Source: Mobula hypostoma (lineage: Eukaryota). Taken from it: DNA of 64,000 nt. Position numbers and translations under genes: made by a program. Below the pieces are notes generated by a model. That model had not been told where the DNA came from and ran no database searches. It saw nothing but the letters and a program-made list of their open reading frames with translations. Location of the stretch: NCBI RefSeq assembly GCF_963921235.1, contig NC_086097.1:15190001-15254000 (forward strand), in the 5' to 3' direction. Shown piece by piece: positions 1-12,405 of this stretch. The first letter of the stretch is position 1, and the number at the start of each line of letters is the position of its first letter.

Positions 1-336
1 AATTCCAAAGACCCCCCCCCCCCCTGGGAAGAGATCTTCGGTCATCCCAGTCCTGAATTCCTGACCCCTTCATTTGTGACCATTACTCCTGCTTCCGGGC
101 ACCCCAGGGAAAACAACACCCCTACATCTACCATCTCCATTACTCCCCTTAATAATTACACACAAGCTCATAAACACACACTCACTACACACACACACAC
201 ACACAAAACACATGACTATGCACAATTAGATACAAACACACAAAACTACGCACATCATTAAGAATATGCAAAACCATAAACAGGTAGAAGTAGACACACA
301 GATCACGTTACATACACACAGATCACATGCATATAC

Positions 337-675
337 AGAATCAGATTTAGTATCACCAGCACATGTCAAGAAATTTGTTGTCTTTGCAGCAGCAGTACAA
401 TGCATACATAATATATGGGAAAACATCATTTTCAGTAATATATATTAAATAGTTAAATTAAGTAAGTATTTGAAAAATAGAAATAAAATAGTAGTGAGGT
501 AGTGTTCATGGCTTCAATGTCCATTTAGGAATCGGATGGCAGAAGGAAAGAAGCTGTTCCTGAATTGGTGAATATGTGCCTTCAGACTCCTGCACCTTCT
601 TCCTGATGGTAGCAATGAGAAGAGGGCATGTCCTGGGTGATGGGGGTCCTTAATGATGGATGCAGCTTTTTTGAG

Positions 676-678
<3 letters not shown>
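337..678 (-). mobile_element. Rex-Babar-type LINE 3' fragment
   Basis: Minus translation KKAASIIKDPHHPGHALFSLLPSGRR...FRNSFFPSAIRFLN matches the Rex1/Babar ORF2 C-terminus; it is followed by a 3' UTR ending in a GATTCT-type tail. Confidence 0.8.
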
Positions 679-718
<40 letters not shown>

Positions 719-870
719 AATACACAAAAATGCAAACACAAACACAAAACATATATGGACACATATACACAAATATAATCAAACACACATAAACACACAC
801 AACCAGACTACAGAAATACAATTGCACGCAAACCAACCCCCAAACACCTATGACCACACACAATCACAAG
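678..870. repeat. (CA)n microsatellite and degenerate CA-rich tract
   Basis: Pure CA run at about 678-714, then degenerate CA-rich sequence; a similar tract lies at about 150-330. Confidence 0.9.
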
Positions 871-1199
871 CAGATGAACAGAGAAGTGAATTACTATTTT
901 TATGCAAATATTTTCTCATTTTGCCTCAGGTTCTTTAGCCAGATCTGATTTTTGCAACAGATGACAAGCTGGAAGGGGAACATCTTAGTTTACTGCCTCA
1001 GACAGTTGTTGAAGATTCCTCGTCCTCATCACTCTGCTTCTCTACCATGAGAAGTGACAATCCATTTTGGAAGAAAACCAATTTGCCTTTCTCTCACAAA
1101 CAAAACAGCCTTTCTATTCATTGGATGCTTTCTCTTCTTTCAAAAATGTTGTTCAATAGGACATCCATTGTTCATGGTCACACCACAATATTGGCACAT

Positions 1200-1237
1200 T
1201 CACAATCCTGTCAGTGGTGAGGTGTCCAAATATTTGC
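1200..1237 (-). CDS. Candidate terminal coding exon of the minus-strand host gene, (G)KYLDTSPLTGL*
   Basis: Minus strand ...actgacattaattgcag|GC AAA TAT TTG GAC ACC TCA CCA CTG ACA GGA TTG TGA, in non-repetitive DNA and followed by UTR-like unique sequence. The polypyrimidine tract is weak. Confidence 0.4.
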
Positions 1238-2334
1238 CTGCAATTAATGTCAGTCATTCTAAAATCAAATTGAAAGATGGATGCATTTTTAAATTAGAAA
1301 CTAAAGCATCCGCGATTATTAATGAAAAATCCTCACTGCACTGAGCAAGCTCCCTTCTGATGTGAAGTGACAGCTATGTTCAGAATATTATTAGGCATAC
1401 AATGAGCGAACTGCTTATGGTGGTGCAGATTAGACACCAGCTCTGAAGTTGGTTAAAAAGAGTATTGTTCGAAGGCTGGTGACCTCGTGGTCATGCACAA
1501 CAATAATTAAACTCCAGACAGACAATGGGTGCCTTCACAATGGGGACTTTCATCAATTGTTTGCTGAAGAGGAATTTTTTTTGTGTTTATGATGCTAGAT
1601 ATTGCATTGCAGAATGAATCAAATTCACATTTCTTTTGGGAAAAGTGTGCAAATGGCCTCCTGTGGAAGGGCGGCCTAGCAGGTAGGCTTCCCTGGCAGC
1701 TAGCTCACAAACTGCACTCCTCGAAATGCCAGCTTGCTTTTAGCCTCGCAAGGACAAAGAGTCAAAGTGGAATTGCCAGGAAGCTGATCCAGGAGGTCTG
1801 ACTGCGAGCAGTTTCAGAGAGCATGAGGGCGCTGTCATGGCAACAGCCTACATTGGTCCGAAAGAGAATGTAAAACTGTCAACATTCCTACTTGGGGGAT
1901 TTACGTGCGTGATATTCAGTCACACGCCATGTACGGCAGCTAATGCTGTGGACCATAAATATAAGTACAACTTTAAATACGAGGGCAGCTACATGCAGCA
2001 TTGATGCGTCATGTCCTTGCCCTGTCTCACTCTCCCAATCTCTCATCTTCTTACTTTCTCACGCTCTGTTCCTATCTACCCTGCAATATTTAAGTGTGTT
2101 CTCTGGTAACTATTATTTCAGGCCTTTGTTGCTATGCACGTTAAATTATAGATTCAAAATGACTTGGGTCCCCTCACCAAAATTCATTACAGCTAGAAGA
2201 GTCGGGATAGTCGCAATACTTGCTCTCTCATTGCCAGTGACAAATTGCCCACTTGCATGTCTTCAGCTCAGAGAAATATGCACAAAACCACAGACACAAA
2301 AAAAGAACGCAAATGAACACCACATACATAAGAA

Positions 2335-2627
2335 CATTTGTTTACTCATTGAGATACAGCGCCCAATAGGCCCTTCCGGCCCTTCGAGCCGCACCACCCA
2401 GCAATCCCCTGATTGAATCCCAGCCTATTCACAGGACAATTTACAATGACCAATCAACCTACCAACGGGTACGTCTGTGGACTGTGGGAGGAGACCGATG
2501 CACCCAGAGGAAATCCGTGCGATCACAGGGAGAACGTACAAGCTCCTTACAGGCAGCGGCGGAATTGAACTCCGCTACCCCAAGGGGTAACGGTGCCGTG
2601 CTAACCACTATGCTACCGCAGCGCCCT
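2335..2627 (-). mobile_element. tRNA-derived SINE (HE1/V-SINE-like) with CR1-like tail
   Basis: Minus strand has A box-like TAGCATAGTGG and B box-like GTTCAATTCC, a central GGTTTCCTC...CTCCCACAGTCC domain, and a 3' GGGCCGGAAGGGCCT tail shared with CR1. Confidence 0.85.
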
Positions 2628-2963
2628 GTATTGTTTTCCTTCTTGTTCTCTTTCTTTTCCTGCAGCGAACGTTGAAGACTTGACCAAAGTTATTGACAGA
2701 GATTTCCATCAGACTGCTACTGATTTGTACAAGTTCACAATCCAGTGACACACAGATTCTCATATTTTCTCTCTCTCTCACACACACACACACCTGCTGT
2801 AACCATACAAATATGAACACAGTAACAAATCACTGTAAGAACAGTTCTTCTGTTTATTGTTCATTTGTCAGTTGGTTTATTTATTTATTTAGAGATGCAG
2901 CACATTAACAGCCCCTTCCAGCCCAACAAGACATGCCACCCAATTACATATGACCAATCAACC

Positions 2964-3450
2964 TGCAGCGGATAGTGGTCAACTGAGATCATCGGGGTCT
3001 CTCTTCCCGCCATCACAGACATTTACACCACACGCTGCATCCGCAAAGCAAACAGCATTATGAAGGATCCCACGCGCCCCTCATACAAACTCTTCTCCTT
3101 CCTGCCATCTGGAAAAAGGCACCGAAGCATTCGGGCTCTCACAACCAGACTGTGTAACAGTTTCTTCCCCCAAGCCATCAGACTCCTCAATACCCAGAGC
3201 TTGGACTAACACCAACCTACTGCCCTCTACTGTGCCTATTGTCTTGTTTATTATTTATTATTATTTATTGTAGCGCCTTCAGTCCTGGATAGGTCTGTGT
3301 CTAGTGTAGTTTTTTTTGTTACATAGTTCAGTGTAGCTTTTGTATTGTTTATTGTAGCACCATGGTCCTGGAAAACGTTGTGTCATTTTTACTGTGTTCT
3401 GTACCAGCAGTTATGGTTGAAATGACAATAAAAAGTGACTTGACTTGACT
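2964..3450 (+). mobile_element. Rex-Babar LINE 3' fragment inserted into a SINE
   Basis: Encodes ...ANSIMKDPTRPSYKLFSFLPSGKRHRSIRALTTRLCNSFFPQAIRLLN and ends in (GACTT)n; SINE halves lie at about 2875-2963 and 3451-3580. Confidence 0.8.
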
Positions 3451-3992
3451 TACTAGCCTTTCAATTGAGGGAGCAAACTGGAGCACCCGGAGGAAGAGGG
3501 AGAACATCCAAGCTCATTACAGAGAACGGCAGCAGTGAACCCAGGGCACTGGTGCTGTAACGGCGTTACGCTGACTGTTTTCCACATGTGATGACGGGCT
3601 GGGAGTTTAGCAAAGTTCAGCCCACTGAGTCATCAAGCTGCACGTTCACACAAATCGTAAACTAATCACCAGGTACCGTACACCACTGTGCCGTCCAATA
3701 ATATTTTTAACAATATTTGCTACTGAGTCAGGGCTGGTTACAAGCAAGGTGGGCTTAAGGACCATTTGCAAAGAGGACAGAGAAATGGGGAAGAGTAGAG
3801 GAGATTAGGAGGGACCTTCCAAAGATCTAGACACAAGAAGCTGAAAGCAAGATTGCCATTTGAGGAGTAATGAAAATTTGGGATGATTTTGAGGCAGGAA
3901 CTGATCACATTGGGGTTCTGGGACAGAACAAAGTTATAAGGACAGGCCAGCGATGAAGCAATGGAGAGATATGAAAGCAAGGTCAAGAGTTT

Positions 3993-4395
3993 CAGAATCA
4001 GAATCAGGTTTAATATCACCAGCATATGCCGTGAAATTCGTTGTCTTTGCGGCAGCAGTACAATGCAATGTCTAATAATGGGAAGAAAACTGTGAATTAC
4101 AGTATATATATATATATATACACACACACATATTAGTTAAATTATATAAGTAGTGCAAAAACAGCAATTAAAGAGCAGTGAGGTAGTGTTCATGGGTTCG
4201 ATGTCCATTCAGAAAACAGATGGCAGAGGGGAAGAAGCTGTTCCTCAGTCACTGAGTGTGTGCCTTCAGGTAGCAATGAGAAGAGGGCATGTCCTGAGTG
4301 ATGGAGGTCCTTAATGATGGACGCCGCCTTGTTGAGGCACTGCTCCTCGAACGTGTCCTGGATGCTAGGGAGGCTATTGCCCATGATGGCACTGA
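3993..4395 (-). mobile_element. Rex-Babar LINE 3' fragment
   Basis: ORF 4190-4420 contains NKAASIIKDLHHSGHALFSLL; (AGAATC)n tail on the plus strand at about 3995. Confidence 0.8.
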
Positions 4396-5009
4396 CTATG
4401 TTCACAACTCTTGCAGACAAAGAGTCTGCAAAGAGATACAGACAGGGTAAAGATCAGGCTGATGGAATATAATGTAAAGAGAACATTGTCCACTTCGGTA
4501 GGAAGTGCAATGCTGTTACGCAGGAGAGACTGGATTATGTTGCTTCTCCGTACATGAAGTTAGTATGACAATAATTACCAGTGCAATGCTGGTGTCTTTT
4601 GCAGAGGGAATGGAATAGAAAAGAAGGTAGATCCTGCTGGGGAAACTGGAGAGACCAGATTGGAAGAACAGCAGCACACACAAAATTCTAGAGGAACTCA
4701 GCAGTTACGAAGTCTCCTGCTTCCTTCTTCCTTTCCAATCCTGTTGATGGGTTCCATCTTAAAACGTCAACTGCTTATTCTGCTCCGTAGGTGCTGCTTA
4801 ACCTACTGTGTTCCTCCAGCACTTTGCGTGCATTGCTCTGGATTTCCAGCATCTGTAGAACTTCTTCTGTATCTGAAGTACAGCAGACTATTTTGAGTAC
4901 GTTAGTTCCAGAAGGAATTCTTTGCATCAGAGGGAGATTGCAAAAACTGAAGTGAAGAGGTTGTCCTCAGAGCAAATAATAAAAAATATGACCCTATATC
5001 CTCAGCACA

Positions 5010-5502
5010 TTGGAGATGGTTCAAAGGAGGCTCACAAAAATGATTCCAGCATTGAAAGGTTTATCATATGAGGAGTGTTTGAGGGCTCTGGGCCTTCTTT
5101 CACTGGAATTCAGAAGAATGAGGGGCGACCTCATTGAAAACTATTGAATGTTGAAAGATCTTGATGGAGTGGATGTGGAGAGGATGTTTCCTATGGTGGG
5201 TGAATCTAAGACCAAAGAACACAGCTTCAGAAGAGAAGGGAATCCTTTTAGAATGGAGATGACGTGGAATTTCTTTAGCCAGAGAGTGGTGAATATGTGG
5301 AATTTGATGCCACATGCTTTGGAAGCTAAGTGATTGGGTATATTTAAGACAGAGGTTGATAGATTCTTGATGGTCAGGACATGACAGCATGCAGAGAGAA
5401 GGCCGGAGATTGGAGTTGAGAGGGAAAATGGATTAACCATGATGAAATGACGGAGCAGACCCGATGGGCCAAATGGCCTAATTCTGCTCCTAGATCTTAT
5501 GG
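5010..5502 (+). mobile_element. Degenerate CR1 LINE 3' fragment
   Basis: EFRRMRGDLIE...GVDVERMFPMVGESKTKEHS...FFSQRVVNMWN, with a CR1 3' UTR (GATGGGCCAAATGGCCTAATTCTGCTCCT). Confidence 0.85.
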
Positions 5503-5531
5503 AGTGTATAAGAAGAATAAAAAGATAAGAA

Positions 5532-6560
5532 TGGTGTGACTAGTGGTGTGCCACAGGGATCAGTGCTGGGTCCATTGTTATTTGTCATCTATATCAATGA
5601 TCTGGATGATAATGTGGTAAATTGGATCAGCAAGTTTGCTGATGATACAAAGATTGGAGGTGTAGTAGACAGTGAGGAAGGTTTTCAGAGCCTGCAGAGG
5701 GACTTGGACCAGCTGGAAAAATGGGCTAAAAAATGGCAGATGGAGTTTAATACTGACAAATGTGAGGTATTGCACGTTGGAAGGACAAACCAACGTAGAA
5801 CATACAGGGTTAATGGTAAGGCACTGAGGAGTGTGGTAGAACAGAGGGATCTGGGAATGCAGATACAAAATTCCCTAAAAGTGGCATCACAGGTAGATAG
5901 GGTCGTAAAGAGAGCTTTTGGTACATTGGCCTTTATTAATCAAAGTATTGAGTATAAGAGCTGGAATGTTATGATGAGGTTGTATAAGGCATTGGTGAGG
6001 CCGAATTTGGAGTATTGTGTTCAGTTTTGGTCATCAAATTACAGGAAGGATATAAATAAGATTGAAAGAGTGCAGAGAAGGTTTACAAGGATGTTGCCGG
6101 GACTTGAGAAACTCAGTTACAGAGAAAGGTTGAATAGGTTAGGACTTTATTCCCTGGAGTGTAGAAGAATGAGGGGAGATTTGATAGAGGTATATAAAAT
6201 TATGATGGGTATAGATAGAGTGAATGCAAGCAGGCTTTTTCCACTGAGGCAAGGGGAGAAAAAAACCAGAGGACATGGGTTTAGGGTGAGGGGGGAAAAG
6301 TTAAAAGGGAACATTGGGGGGGCTTCTTCACACAGAGAATGGTGGGAGTATGGAATGAGCTGCTAGACGAGGTGGTAAATGCGGGTTCTTTTTTAACATT
6401 TAAGAATAAATTGGACAGATACATGGATGGGAGGTGTATGGAGGGATATGGTCCGTGTGCAGGTCAGTGGGACTAGGCAGAAAATGGTTCGGAACAGCCA
6501 AGAAGGGCCAAAAGGCCTGTTTCTGTGCCGTAGTTTCTATGGTTTCTATGGTTTCTATGG
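5532..6560 (+). mobile_element. Young 5'-truncated CR1 LINE (RT C-terminal half)
   Basis: ORF 5536-6366 has SGVPQGSVLGPLLF, FADD and RPNLEYCVQFW; frameshift near 6320; (TTTCTATGG)3 tail. Confidence 0.95.
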
Positions 6561-8489
6561 AATGACAGTTGATCTTACTGAAACACGTAAATTTATTAGT
6601 AGTAGTGGAGAAGCGGATGCTGAGATTCTGCTACCCATAATGTGAATATCTAGAACAATGGGTGTGGTTTAAGAATAATCAGGTCAGAGACGAGGAGGAG
6701 GAGTTTTTTTTTCTTTGAGGATTGTGAAACTTTAGGATCTAAACCCTCAAGGTATGAGGGCTGGTAAATAATTGACTATATTCAAGGATAAGATAGATGT
6801 CATTTAGGTCTGTGCCGAGTGCAGGGTTCTGAGGAATGGGCGCGAAGGTGGAGTTTACCTCATGGTGGAACAGGCTGAAGGTACTGCATTGCCAACTCCC
6901 GTCCCGATGATAAATGTTTTTATTAGGTCTGACCTGCATGTGACCTCAGGGCTTCAGCCGTGCAGTTTGGTATTTGATTCTGTTTCTCACAGATGCTACC
7001 TGACCCATTGAGAATTTCCAGTATATTTCAGATTTCTAGCATGTGCTGTGTTTTGGTGGATTGATTACTACCCTCTGAAATGCCTCTGCAGGACACTCAA
7101 TTCCAGGACCACTAAATCTGGTGAATAAATATTAATCTTGCCAGCATCCCAACCCCATCCTGTGAGTGTGTAAATTTTATGCACCCCCATCCTTTCCATA
7201 TTTAGAAATAGGCTCTCATACTTTGCTTCAACCACTGCCGGTCTGTGATTCCACTAAATCCTCGAGATGGACTTTCAACAACTCACTTTGCTGCAGGCAA
7301 AGGAGCCAGTTGTCACACTGACAACGAGATCAGTAACTGTCCAATTATAGGCTGACAGGCACCTCATCACCCACGAGGGCATCTGGACCAACAGCCAACG
7401 TAAATCAAACTGGATTCTGCACAGAACCACTGGTCAAAGGGGTCTCCTGTGGCCAGAGCCAGAAGTGATTGTTGCAGGAACTGTGTCACTGCATGTGGTT
7501 AATCTCGTCACTGTCTGAAAGGTGGAGGAGAGCTCTCAGACAGATTTCATAGCTCATGTCTCGGAACTCCTGAAATAAATGGACTGTGCGCAGCCACTGT
7601 GGAATTCTGGGAAAGGATCACGGAGGTCACAAAGCAGTGACTCACAGACTGATTAAGCTGGGCTTCAGGCAAAGGAGGTGGGGGGAGGGGACCAATGGAG
7701 ACTTAGACGGCTGGACTAATGCGAAGATTACACTGTTGTGTTTGTGTTCAATCATTTTAATGTGTGCCTTAGTGGTGCAAACATTTTCAATATTCAAGAT
7801 TGTTTAATGTAATTGGAGAATGAAATAATTGTTACTCCATGCAGAACAACAAAATGATAAAGAACACAATAATAAAGAACACAACAAATGTAAATACATT
7901 AGATAGCTTATATACATAGATTGATTGTATGTCCATTAAGTGACGCAAGGCATAGGAGTGTCTGTACATATGGCTTTCAAAAGACTGTCTGTCTGAGAGG
8001 AGCACTAGTTGGTTTCTAGCATCTCTGGCCATTTGACTGCACATTGCGATGTTTATATGTACATATCGAAGAGTCCTGGAGGATAACATAAAAGTCATCG
8101 GCATGGGCTATAACTTTTGCCTGAGTGAACACTGATGTAAGGGGAAGTTTGGCATGTACAATTAAACTGCTTACATCCGTTTTTGGATTTCTACCTCAAT
8201 GGCTGGGTAGGGGACACTGTTTTATTTATTTGCCAGTGTTTATTGTTTTTTCAAATTCTCCTTTGACCTGTCCTTTGGAGTACTCCATTCGGTCTGGTGA
8301 AAGTGCTCGCCAGTGTGATTGGTTAGGGAGCTCCAGATACAATAACAAGTCGAGAACATCAATATACGGATTCAAATATCAGGATGATGAGATGGTCTTT
8401 TAGCTACACGGGCCTGGGGACAGAGAGACCGGCAATTGGGTTTTGTATTTGGGTTATTGGCACATATGTAGGGCAGGAAATTGGGCAGG

Positions 8490-8880
8490 AAAAAAACATT
8501 GCAGACACTATCCACCCTGCAAACTGCCTTTTCCAAAAGCTCCCTTCTGGAACTGCTATAGGATTATTAAAACAAAACATCACACTGCTGTAAAAGTTAA
8601 TCTGATCAACCATTCTCACCAGCCCCTCTCGTTCCCCTCCATCTATTACTCTCGTCTCTGCCCTGCAATGTAAACACTTAGACCCACATTGTAAATATAT
8701 GCTGGCATTTATGTATTTATGCAAATTTTATTCCATATCTGTACTTTAACCTCGAACTTTATTTTTATTTTAATTCTTTATTCTTTATAATTGCTGAATG
8801 TTTTTTTTTTGTTGCATGTCGCACCCTAACTTCTCAAAGTTGATCTTTGATATGCCAGTGATATTAAATCTGATTCTGGT
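8490..8880 (+). mobile_element. Rex-Babar LINE 3' fragment
   Basis: KNIADTIHPANCLFQKLPSG motif, AT-rich UTR and TCTGATTCTG tail. Confidence 0.65.
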
Positions 8881-9094
8881 ATATTGAGTCACAGTGAAAA
8901 GGTTTTGTTTGTCAGTCATTAGGACAGATCTTTCCATACTTATAAAGAGTCCATCTTTCAGTTTATGAAAAGTCCATTGAAGATAACAGTGGAACAGAAA
9001 CTGTTCTTGAGTGTGCTAATGCTCTCAAGCTTAGGAATCTTCTGCCACACAGGAGAGGAGTTTAGGGTTTTGGAAGGGCTGCTTCTTTCTAGAT

Positions 9095-9174
9095 CAGGGG
9101 TTCCCATCCTGGGTTCCTCGATCAGCTTGCTTAATGGTATTGGTCCATGGCATAAAAAGGGTTTGGAACCCCTG
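9095..9174. mobile_element. 80-bp hAT (Charlie-type) MITE
   Basis: TIRs CAGGGGTTCC...GGAACCCCTG flanked by an 8-bp TSD, TTCTAGAT (9087-9094) / TTCTAGAC (9175-9182). Confidence 0.85.
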
Positions 9175-9879
9175 TTCTAGACAGTGTGTTGATGTAGCCA
9201 CACTCATCACACTCGTTGGCTACTTGCCCTCTGTTCCTAGACCTGAAGAAAGATCCTGTATGGCCTACCACCGTCCTGCTGTAGGAAAGGACCCTGTCTG
9301 GCCTATTGCTGTGCCCAGAGGGTAGGTCCCTGTGTGTCTCACTCTTTTTGATGACATTGGAAGATGTTACCGACGTTCTGCCGTTATGGAATTGGATATG
9401 GACTATGGAGTTCTCCAGTCTTATGGTTTTTATATTCTGTGTTTTCGCCTCATTCTTTCTTGATTTTTTTTGTGCAGGTGTGGGGGGAAGGGAGGGGTTT
9501 GGAGGTCAATGTTCTTGTTGAATTTTTGTTTGTTTTTTCTGTGTGTAGAGAGAGGGATTTGGGGGCCAGTTGGGTTTTGTATGGGGGGGGAGGGGGAGTT
9601 CAGGGGCCAATGTTCTTTTTGTGTGGGAGGAGAGGGCTTTGGGGGTTGATAATTGTGTTGCCATTCTTTAATCGTACGGTGGGGGAGCGGTGTAGGTTTG
9701 TTGTTTCTCTCTGAACTGACATCCATGGTTTTTGTTTGTTTCATGGCTGTCTGGAGAAGAGGAATATCAGAGTTGCCTGTGAAGGTTCTCAGTCATCCAG
9801 GTCGTTGTATATCCAGCGGTCTCAGAGTTGTATACCTCATATATACTTTGATGATAAATGAACATTTGAACCTTTCGAC

Positions 9880-10420
9880 CCTCACTAACTTTCGTTGATG
9901 CACTCCATAGGAAACATCCTCTCGGGATGCACCACAGCTTCGTATAGCAACTGCTCTGCACGTGACCACAAGGAATTGCAGAGAGATTTGCATACAGCGC
10001 ACCTCGTTGTTGAAACCAGCCTCCCCTCTATGGACTGTGTCTAGTCTTCTCACTACCTTAGTAAAAATGCCAGAATAATCAACAACCTCACCCACCCCTA
10101 ACAATGTCTCTTCTCCCCCCCTCCCATTTGACAAAGATACAAAAGCCTGAAAGCATGCAACTCTTGGATCAAAGACAGCCTCAGTGCCACAGTTATAAGC
10201 ATATTCAATAGCTCCCTAGTACAAACAATTGCATTCTTGACCTCACAATCTAGCTTGTTATGATCTTGCACCTGACTGCTTACCTCCACTACACTTTCTC
10301 TGTATCTGTTACACTCTATTTTGTGTACCCATTGTTTTACCTTGCTGTATACTGTGTAATGATCAGATCTGTATGAACAGTGTGCAGGAAAAGCTTTTCA
10401 CTGCATCCTGCTATATTTGA
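9880..10420 (+). mobile_element. Degenerate Rex-Babar LINE fragment
   Basis: Decayed coding similarity to the other Rex-Babar copies; 3' UTR similar to 13880-14030 plus 15125-15210. Confidence 0.65.
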
Positions 10421-10436
10421 TAATAATAATAATAAT

Positions 10437-11250
10437 AGACATCTCTACGACCAGAGCAGGCTAGATGTTGACAAGGTAACATCGAACACCAGACTCTGAG
10501 TTGGAGACCTCTCCCCAGAAACAGAAGGATTCTCTGTGGCACTGCAGGACCAGGTGATGAACACCAAAAAAAAATCAAAAATAAAATATAAAAACCAACA
10601 AATTCAAGAAGATAAATTGAGAAAGTGACAAGAGAAGCCACAAACAATCCAACACAATATAGGATCCTGCATTAGTTTATCGCAATCTGATTACTTATAC
10701 AGATACAATCAAGTGACAAACATCATTCATCAAAACCTCGCTTTAAAATACAAACTCATAAAAGACACCTTACAATAAATACAAGCCTGATCCAATTTTA
10801 GACTCAGAATACCACAAATTATATTATGACTGATCAGTTATTACAGATGAGACAATCCATAATAACAGTCTGGATATAATAATACAGCGTAAGCAAGCAA
10901 GAACAACTTACTTAATAAAAATAGCCATTCCAAACACACATAGCATACAGAAATCAATTAAGTGTCGAAGACCAGAAATATGCTGAATTAAAAGAGGAAA
11001 TTGGAAGACTACGGAACATGAACAGGGTATATCTACAACTGGTGTCATCCCAAAGTCACTACACAATAGCATTAAACAAATAGGCCTACACAGAAATATT
11101 TATGTAAATCTTCAGAAAGCCACAATATTAAACACCACTAGAATAGTCTGAGAGTGCCTAGCAATTGAGAAATGAGTGTGCTTGGCTTCAGTTTTACCAG
11201 CTCCAGCTGAGAAAAGGAATATGATAATGATAAATAGTGATGGTAATAAA
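10437..11250 (+). mobile_element. R4-clade (Dong/Rex6-like) non-LTR retrotransposon 3' fragment
   Basis: Decayed frames give VGDLSPETEGFSVALQDQVMNT, TIQH..GSC..LSQSDYLYRYNQVTNIIHQNLA and ITDETIHNNSLDII...IAIP, i.e. zinc knuckle plus restriction-like endonuclease; flanked by (TAA)n at 10419-10436 and degenerate TAA at about 11220-11250. Confidence 0.8.
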
Positions 11251-11754
11251 ACTCTGGACAGGAAGCTTTCCCGGCTTGCACAGCATCAGGTCAGGTAGAG
11301 AATACCTGCAGTTCACAGCACAAGTTCAGTCAAACTGAACAAAATCATTTTCAAAACCAGTAATTGAATAAACACCACACATTAACACACTACACTGGAA
11401 AACTGGTACAACAAAAGCATACACAAGGCTGAGAAAGATGGTTAGGACAGTGCTTGGACCAGAGGGTTATGAACTGTTCTGAAGATGAGGCAGGGAAATA
11501 GAGATGATGAGGCTCCTGATGTCTCAGCCCAAATCATCGACTGTTTACTGTCTGCTGCCTGGCTTACTGAGTTCCTCCAGCGTTTGTGTTTGTGTTCATC
11601 AAGATTTCCGACACGGTCCTGCAGAATCTCTTGTGTCCTACTTGTCAATTTTTTTAAAAGTCTTGTAATGAACATCAAAGATTTCAGTCAACCACTCGCT
11701 GGGAGTTTGTTGCATGCAAATAGGCTTCTTACACAATAACAAGGATTACAAAAG

Positions 11755-12405
11755 TCCCCAAGATATAGGAGCAGAATTAGGCCATTTGGCCCATCGAGTC
11801 TGCTCCGCCATTTCATCATGGTTGATCCATTTTCCCTCTCAGTCCTGATCTCCTGCCTTCTCTCCATATCCCTTCATGCCCTGACTAATCAAGAATGTAT
11901 CAACCTCTGCCTTAAATACACTCAATGACTTGGTCTCCACAGCCTGTGGCAATGTATTCCACAGATTCACCACTGTCTGGCTAAAGAAATTCCTCCTCAT
12001 CTCCATTCTAAATGGATGCCCTTTTATTATGAGTCTGTGATTTCTGGTCTCCCACACCACCATAGGAAACATCTTCTCCACATCCACTCTATCAAGGCCT
12101 TTCACCATTTGATAGGTTTCAATGCGGTCAGCCCTCATTCTTCTGAATTCCAGTGAAACAAAGCCCAGAGCCATCAAACACTCTTTCAACCCCAGAATCA
12201 TTTTCATGAACCTCCTTTGAACCCTCTCAAATGTCAGCACATCCTTTCTTAGATAAGGGGCCCAAAACTGCTCACTATACTCCAAGTGAAGCCTCACCAG
12301 ACCCTCAACATTACATCCTTGCTTTTATATTCTGGTCCTCTTGAAATGAAAGGTAACATCGCATTTGTCTTCCTCACCACTGACTCAACCTGCAAATTAA
12401 CCTTT
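11755..12405 (-). mobile_element. CR1 LINE 3' fragment
   Basis: ORF 11839-12297: LEYSEQFWAPYLRKDVLTFERVQRRF...FFSQTVVNLWN. Confidence 0.9.

Noticed and set aside
76..863. His/Thr-rich and Cys/Val-rich ORFs (also 53196-53681)
   Set aside because: Translations of CA/GT microsatellite and low-complexity DNA.
997..1048. Minus-strand MVEKQSDEDEESSTTV* mini-frame
   Set aside because: No convincing splice acceptor in frame; lies in the presumed 3' UTR.
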